Assembly (NCBI GenBank): GCA_947626825.1
Contig: CANQTM010000003.1
Coordinates: 40,692-104,691 of the forward strand
Direction: 5' to 3'
From: an uncultured Bacilli bacterium
GTDB taxonomy: Bacteria; Bacillota_I; Bacilli_A; RFN20; CAG-631
Length of the DNA stretch: 64,000 nucleotides
Part shown: in pieces, positions 59,401-64,000 of the stretch
Layout of the letters: each line of letters starts with the position of its first letter
How positions within the stretch are numbered: the stretch's first letter is position 1
Position numbers and translations under genes: made by a program
Notes under the pieces: generated by a model
What the model was told of the DNA's origin: nothing
The model's database searches: none
What the model saw: only the letters and a program-made list of their open reading frames with translations

Positions 59401-61809
59401 AATTATGATTTAAAAGAATTGTTAGATTTAATTTATCGTTGTCAATTGAATATTAACACATTAAAAGATAAGAAAAGATTTAATAAAAATTTAATAAATT
59501 ATCGTTCAAATCCTTATTTAACCAATTTTATTGATTATTGTCTTGAAAATAATTTAAAAGAAGATTTAGCTAATATTTATTTAAAAAAGATTTATCATAA
59601 TTTAATTGAAAATTTTATTTATGATAATGATATTTTAGAAAATTTAAATAAAACAAAATTAGATAATGATATAAAAGAATTAGAAAAATTAAGTTATTAT
59701 CAAATGGAAATTTCAAGACAACAAGTGAAAAGTGCTTGGATAGATAATGTTCCATCGATTAAAACAATAATGGCTAGTAATGATGAAAGAAACTTTTTAC
59801 AAAATGAAAAAAGAAAAGTTAGAAAAAAATCATTAAGAGTAATTTTAGATCACATACCTCATATTTTAATGGCATTAAAACCATGTTTGATGATGTCACC
59901 ATTAACTGTTTCTAATTATCTTGAAAATGATAATTATGATTTTGATTTAGTTATTTTTGATGAAGCTTCACAAATAAAACCAGAAGAAGCAATCGGATCA
60001 ATTTATCGAGGAAAACAAGTTATAATTGCTGGTGATAGCAAACAATTACCACCAACAAGTTTCTTTGAAAAACAAATAGAAAATGATGAAGATTATGATG
60101 ATGAAGACATCGATGAAACTATTGATGAATCAATTTTAGATTTAGCATCTAGAAAATTACCATCAATCACTTTATTATGGCATTATCGTAGTAAAATTGA
60201 AAGTTTAATTGCTTTTTCTAATAATAATTTTTATGACAATGAATTAATAACTATTCCATCTGCTAAACAAAATCAAATTGATTATGGCATTGAATATATT
60301 AAAGTTGATGGCATTTATGAAAAAAATAGCCGTTATGCTAATGTTATCGAAGCCAAAAAGGTTGTAGAATTAATTTATCAACATATTTTAAACCATAATG
60401 ATAAATCATTAGGAATCATTGCTTTTGGCGAAAGACAAAGAAATACTATTGAAAAAGTATTATTTGATTATCGAAAAAATTTAAAAAATCAAGATGAAAA
60501 GCTTTTTAAAGAAAGTGAAGAATTCTTTAATAATAATGATAAAGAACCATTTTTTATTAAAAATATTGAAAATGTTCAAGGCGATGAAAGAGATGTCATT
60601 ATATTTTCAATAGGTTATGGTCCTGATGAAGAAAATAACTTTAAATATAATTTTGGACCTTTGTCGAAACAAGGCGGACAAAGAAGATTAAATGTCGCTA
60701 TTTCAAGAGCAAAATATAATCTTAAAATAGTTTGTTCTTTTTTACCAACTGATTTAGAATTATCACGAATTGAATCTGAAGGTGGACGTTTATTTAAAGA
60801 ATATCTTGAATATGCCCAAATGGTTTCACTTGGTATTCATAAATTTAATGATGATATTTTATCAGTTGATGGTGTAAAAGCAAGCATTGCATCATTTTTA
60901 CATGAAAATGGTTATAAATATTTATTAAACTATGGCTATTCGTCTTTTAAAATCGATATTGCTATATTTAATCCTAATGATGATAAGCAATTAATTTGTG
61001 GAATTATAATTGATAATCAAGATGCTAATATTACCATTAAAGATAAAGAAGTTATTCTAAAAAAAGTTTTATATTATAATGAATGGAAAATTTACAATGT
61101 AAATTGCAAACTTTATTTTGAAAATCCTTCATTTATTAATGAAAACATTTTAGAATTCTTAAACAATAATATAGTTGAAGAAAAAATTGATTTAATAACC
61201 ACTGATGAAAATGATTTAATTACTATTAAAGAAGATGAAAGTGATGATACTAGTTATAATTTTATATTATATCAAGAATTTGATTTTAATGAATATTTAG
61301 CTATTAATGGTTTAACAGATGTCAAACTTTGGGTCATTGATGAAAAAATAATGACTGCATTTTTAAACAAAGAAGGTCCAACTTTATTTAAAATATTAGT
61401 TGATAAATTTGCTAAAGCATTTAATGCAACAGCAAAAGAAATAACAGGTAGTATTCAAAAAGTTATCACAAAAGAACCATTTATATGGAATCGACAAAAT
61501 AACTTTGTTTATAATAGTCATGAAAATCCTTGTATTGTTCGTCAATGCATTGATAACAAAAGTAGAAGTTTTGAAAGTATTTATCCATTAGAAATTAGTA
61601 ATTGCTTAACCACAATTATTCGTCAAAATATTGGTTTATCTGCTGATGGCATTATTGAAGAAGCTATGCGTATTTATAATCAAAAAAATAAATCTGCATC
61701 TTTAATAATAAATTATAAAACACATTTAGAACGTTTAAAAGAAGATAAAAAAATTCAAGAAATAAATGGCGTCTATACAATTTATCAAGGAGGGAAAAAT
61801 CATGAATGA
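56401..61809 (+). CDS. Giant SF1 (Upf1/DNA2-like) helicase with DUF4011-like N-terminal domain and C-terminal Vsr/DUF559-like PD-(D/E)xK nuclease plus DUF3320-like tail
   Basis: 1802 aa. Walker A VLQGPPGTGKSQTITNII is at about aa 297. About 800 aa of K/N/L/I-rich low-complexity helical insertion follows. Motif II is VIFDEASQ, motif III IIAGDSKQLPPT, motif VI GGQRRLNVAISRAKYNL. After that, FKIDIAIFNPND...GIIIDNQD looks like an endonuclease core. Domain names are from recall of this architecture and are not searched. Confidence 0.75.
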   Translation: MGNIDNKFEIWTKKLYDISKKNYMINFRGQKNRCLTITKPDIFELYDSLVFKDNSMSFKRAITADTNFNIFAINTLINCLGNSTIFEEGDISVAPKVNKTPYFILRNIKKTANFFKQEQGIDVMYMTFLYVRWHPIGSTDEYLTPLVNVPVSLEQDNIYSLFILKKQGEPEINPIFLYMLEQQQMTIPSINDKPLKEYLVELEKIFADLDFEIIQQANLCVLFFQKMVMFKDLVNNKERIINHPIIKMFCNDNEENTIFDLDNFPQIKESQKIVVIDADSSQSKALDLATQGQSFVLQGPPGTGKSQTITNIIASQIYQGKKILFVSQKTAALEVVFNMLKKIGLSDLALTLHNNNKLNKNEIINEIYAPFSFKKFNVKEEKINYLMKIDQILNDLEQYNELLNTKVYSLNDTLYELINKYFDLIEISKSNFKINFDLTSLDYKTLLENVNSINLFENEWKSITINNDDCYDYFAIDDISLQTKEKLDNDLLLIYNKIEPLVNTYLNLKKYISNLSLTFDNSLNILDDLNKLNNIDFNDIKINNIELLNEYIDDINFYLKSDEDLKKTYQEINNIFYDNIFNIDMKELANIIENNLNIIKTNIKDFANCSHYEIMQQLNNYANSLNNFINNKETFDKTTNYLTTLLHVSLDTLLSYDLYHINEELKNNTYSLSYFSVAYSNYDVVINNLNRYKELKENQKHLKKLITNLSYEAILTLNENQVDNYLIILDEKTNWFNFSKKEAKKDVINKISTYLYDNQTNIETVINILHLVKNYQEITNHLKQLGQAIKPLLNDTINLDNSEIDCQSYINELDKLHHIIILLPNVKENILKSILSFDNALNFKNNLYNLLECLPMVINNYDNDLQTLIENEKIVNETLKFVNTLKLYCKDFTLLKDIENKYIYLKNYAKIKQENQEKKTILDNIFTYDILKSKKQLFYINQINCFAKTYNLNQNELLLNLINHSKDIFFLILQFKERYSQSLPSYNHFKEMFTKEKNLENYDLKELLDLIYRCQLNINTLKDKKRFNKNLINYRSNPYLTNFIDYCLENNLKEDLANIYLKKIYHNLIENFIYDNDILENLNKTKLDNDIKELEKLSYYQMEISRQQVKSAWIDNVPSIKTIMASNDERNFLQNEKRKVRKKSLRVILDHIPHILMALKPCLMMSPLTVSNYLENDNYDFDLVIFDEASQIKPEEAIGSIYRGKQVIIAGDSKQLPPTSFFEKQIENDEDYDDEDIDETIDESILDLASRKLPSITLLWHYRSKIESLIAFSNNNFYDNELITIPSAKQNQIDYGIEYIKVDGIYEKNSRYANVIEAKKVVELIYQHILNHNDKSLGIIAFGERQRNTIEKVLFDYRKNLKNQDEKLFKESEEFFNNNDKEPFFIKNIENVQGDERDVIIFSIGYGPDEENNFKYNFGPLSKQGGQRRLNVAISRAKYNLKIVCSFLPTDLELSRIESEGGRLFKEYLEYAQMVSLGIHKFNDDILSVDGVKASIASFLHENGYKYLLNYGYSSFKIDIAIFNPNDDKQLICGIIIDNQDANITIKDKEVILKKVLYYNEWKIYNVNCKLYFENPSFINENILEFLNNNIVEEKIDLITTDENDLITIKEDESDDTSYNFILYQEFDFNEYLAINGLTDVKLWVIDEKIMTAFLNKEGPTLFKILVDKFAKAFNATAKEITGSIQKVITKEPFIWNRQNNFVYNSHENPCIVRQCIDNKSRSFESIYPLEISNCLTTIIRQNIGLSADGIIEEAMRIYNQKNKSASLIINYKTHLERLKEDKKIQEINGVYTIYQGGKNHE

Positions 61810-63499
61810 AAATATTAATCGTGAAACATTATTAAACCCTTTATTATTCAATGATAAAAGTGAAACGACAAATAATGATGATGAAAACAATGATGTAATC
61901 AACAAAGATACTATTTTAAATAATAAATATCTAATTATTGATAGACTTCAAGATTCATCATCAAAAACACAAGTTTATGTAGCTAAATATAATAATCAAT
62001 ATTATACACTTAAAGTTTATAATAAAGATTTTAAAATTTCTTTAGATATTTTAGATATCTTAAAAAAATTAGAATTTGATTATCTTGAAAAAATATATGA
62101 ATTTTTTGAACTTGATGATCAAAGACAAGTTATTGTTAGTAAATATTATTTAAATGGAAATTTAAAAGACAAAAAAATTTCTATAAAAGATTTAAAAGAC
62201 TATATAATTCCATCATTAAATGAAGCAATAAATATTTTGCATGAAAATCACATTTTACATATGGATATTAAACCTGCTAATATTATGTTTGCCGATGATA
62301 AAAAACATGTTGTTTTAATCGATTATAGTTCAGCATTAAAAATAAATAATATAAAAGATGTAATAATTTGCCAAAAGCCATTTATTACACCTCATTATAG
62401 TGCTATTGAAACATGTACTTCTCACCAATGTTCTATTTATTCAGATTATTATTCATTTGGAATTACTTTATATGAATTATTATTAGGACATAGTCCTTTT
62501 ATAAATTTAGATGATGAACAGATTATTCGTTTTATGCAAACTAATAGATTAGCCTTTGATGAGTCAATTGATTTGAATTTTAAAAATTTAATTTTAGGAT
62601 TAACTTATCGTGATATTGCCAATCGTAATGATTATAATAATTTTAATGTTCGTTGGACTTATAAACAAGTATCTGATTGGTTAAATGGTAAAACAATGAT
62701 TGTTCCTGGTGAAGGTATATTAACAAAAACAAATATAATGCCATTTAATTTTAAAAATAAAGTTTATTTAAATGTAGATGAATTAATTGATGCTTTAGCA
62801 ATAAATTGGAATGATGGCATTAGATGTTTAAGTTCAAAAAATTTATCAAATTATTTTAAAAACATTAATCATCAATATTACGAAATAACATTAAATTTTG
62901 AAATTAAATTTTTTGATAAAAACATTAAAATTAATCCTGATGTAGAATTTTTTAAATATATTTATACATTATTACCACAAACAAGTAAATTTTATTATAA
63001 AGGATTTGTTTATGAATCTATACAAGATTTAGGTTTTGCTTTAATTGATACATTAGATGCCAATAAAGACACAGAAACATCAGCAAACTTTTTTAAAAAT
63101 TTATTAAAGAACAAAATATTATCAACTTATTGCTCATTGAAATCAATTGATAACCAAGAAATGATTGACATGATAAAAGAAATTGAAAATACTTTTCAAA
63201 GTGAACTTTTGACTAATAGAGAGAAACAAAAAAATCTATATACATTAAGTTACATTCTTACAGGGCAAAAAGAATATAAAATAGATGATCAAATTTTTAA
63301 CAATAAAGATGATTTTATTAATTATATTGTTGATGCCTATAAAAAGTCATTTACCGATTTGAATAAAATTTGTAAAACATTAATGCCAAGACGCAATTTA
63401 GATGTTAAATTAGAAGCGTGGCTTGATGCATTAGGTTATAAAAATGAAGTTAATAAATTTATTGCCTTAATTACTACTCAAGGAGGTGATGAGGAATGA
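61802..63499 (+). CDS. Eukaryotic-like Ser/Thr protein-kinase-like protein with about 280-aa uncharacterised C-terminal domain
   Basis: The start is at ATG 61802 after AGGAGGG and overlaps the helicase stop by 8 nt. Kinase motifs are a beta3 Lys (YTLKVY), a catalytic loop HMDIKPANIMF, a DYS in the DFG position, and an APE-like TPHYSAIE...SDYYSFGITLYELLLGHSPF. Confidence 0.65.
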   Translation: MNENINRETLLNPLLFNDKSETTNNDDENNDVINKDTILNNKYLIIDRLQDSSSKTQVYVAKYNNQYYTLKVYNKDFKISLDILDILKKLEFDYLEKIYEFFELDDQRQVIVSKYYLNGNLKDKKISIKDLKDYIIPSLNEAINILHENHILHMDIKPANIMFADDKKHVVLIDYSSALKINNIKDVIICQKPFITPHYSAIETCTSHQCSIYSDYYSFGITLYELLLGHSPFINLDDEQIIRFMQTNRLAFDESIDLNFKNLILGLTYRDIANRNDYNNFNVRWTYKQVSDWLNGKTMIVPGEGILTKTNIMPFNFKNKVYLNVDELIDALAINWNDGIRCLSSKNLSNYFKNINHQYYEITLNFEIKFFDKNIKINPDVEFFKYIYTLLPQTSKFYYKGFVYESIQDLGFALIDTLDANKDTETSANFFKNLLKNKILSTYCSLKSIDNQEMIDMIKEIENTFQSELLTNREKQKNLYTLSYILTGQKEYKIDDQIFNNKDDFINYIVDAYKKSFTDLNKICKTLMPRRNLDVKLEAWLDALGYKNEVNKFIALITTQGGDEE

Positions 63500-64000
63500 G
63501 CGGACCAAAATATAATCGTTACCGTATGTTAGAAGCAAAAAGAAGAGAATTATTGAAATTGCAAATTCAAAAAGAATTATATAATAAAGAAAATGTTCGA
63601 GTAAATAAATTAATTATTGCTGAAAATGATGGTATTACAGTCGCCAAACGCCAAATTGATAAGCAAAAAGAAGTAACATTAAAAAATATTAAAACATATT
63701 TAAATAATATTAAAATTGAATTAGAAAAATTGAAAAATAATAGCGACACTATTATAGCAATCAACGATGATTCAATTTTAAAGTTTTATAATGAATATTA
63801 CCAAATTTATCAAAATCTTGTTATTGAAAGTTCTTATTTAAACAATACAGTAACATTAAAAGAATTAGATAAATATTATCAAAAAATTAACAATACTTTT
63901 TTTGAAATATGTAATTATAATATTACTTCATTAAAAAAAGTAAAACAAAAAGAAAAACAACTAAAAGTTGATCTATCTAATAAATTAAATGATAATTTAG
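63496..64000 (+). CDS. Hypothetical coiled-coil protein, partial (runs off window end)
   Basis: ATG 63496 overlaps the kinase stop (ATGA) and follows GGAGGTGATGAGGA. The frame stays open for 168 codons to the window end (MSGPKYNRYRMLEAKRRELLKLQIQ...). It is not in the supplied track because no stop codon is reached. Confidence 0.55.
   Translation, partial: MSGPKYNRYRMLEAKRRELLKLQIQKELYNKENVRVNKLIIAENDGITVAKRQIDKQKEVTLKNIKTYLNNIKIELEKLKNNSDTIIAINDDSILKFYNEYYQIYQNLVIESSYLNNTVTLKELDKYYQKINNTFFEICNYNITSLKKVKQKEKQLKVDLSNKLNDNL

Noticed and set aside
56401-61809. Alternative genetic code (TGA as Trp, Mollicutes-type), given the AT content and lipoprotein abundance.
   Set aside because: The long genes end on TGA (for example the helicase stop at 61807-61809 and the kinase stop at 63497-63499) and stay intact under the standard code. 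Reading TGA as Trp would fuse genes implausibly.

Overview
This is a very AT-rich window (about 25-28% GC) that looks like a low-GC Firmicutes (Bacillota) anaerobe, possibly Erysipelotrichia- or Clostridia-like. TGA is used as a stop codon (for example at the end of the 56401..61809 gene), so the standard genetic code applies, not a Mycoplasma code. The window is densely coding.

Housekeeping and metabolism genes make up most of it. These include gpmI, trpS behind a T-box leader, coaD, murA, gltX followed directly by a tRNA with a CTC anticodon, cls, and a fakA plus two fakB (DegV) cluster. There are also rubrerythrin, a GlpA-like dehydrogenase with a DUF1667 operon, and a BadF/BcrA-type double-ATPase activase. 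Other genes are comFA/comFC, an Hsp20 small heat-shock gene behind a doubled CIRCE element, a heterodimeric ABC exporter operon with cls and a GT8 glycosyltransferase, and three tandem Big_2 surface lipoproteins.

The most unusual part is the right end, 56.4-64 kb. Three translationally coupled genes sit there. The first encodes an 1802-aa SF1 helicase with an N-terminal domain that looks DUF4011-like, a long low-complexity insertion, and a C-terminal nuclease that looks PD-(D/E)xK (Vsr/DUF559-like). The second encodes a 566-aa eukaryotic-like Ser/Thr protein-kinase-like protein with an uncharacterised C-terminal half. The third encodes a coiled-coil protein that runs off the window. I propose this as a candidate undescribed defence or signalling system.

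The second notable locus is at about 25.2-26.3 kb. A small serine recombinase (resolvase/invertase family) lies next to a roughly 165-bp element bounded by 18-bp inverted repeats. The element contains a consensus-like sigma-70 promoter facing a small membrane-protein gene. It could be an invertible promoter switch or a res-like site.

Other points are an XRE HTH regulator fused to a Cys-containing 16-aa tandem-repeat domain, a protein with an HEPN-like Rx4H motif and a CBS pair, and a macro-like domain protein in a small accessory cluster.

All calls rest on reading the translated ORFs and the nucleotide sequence by eye. No database searches were possible.
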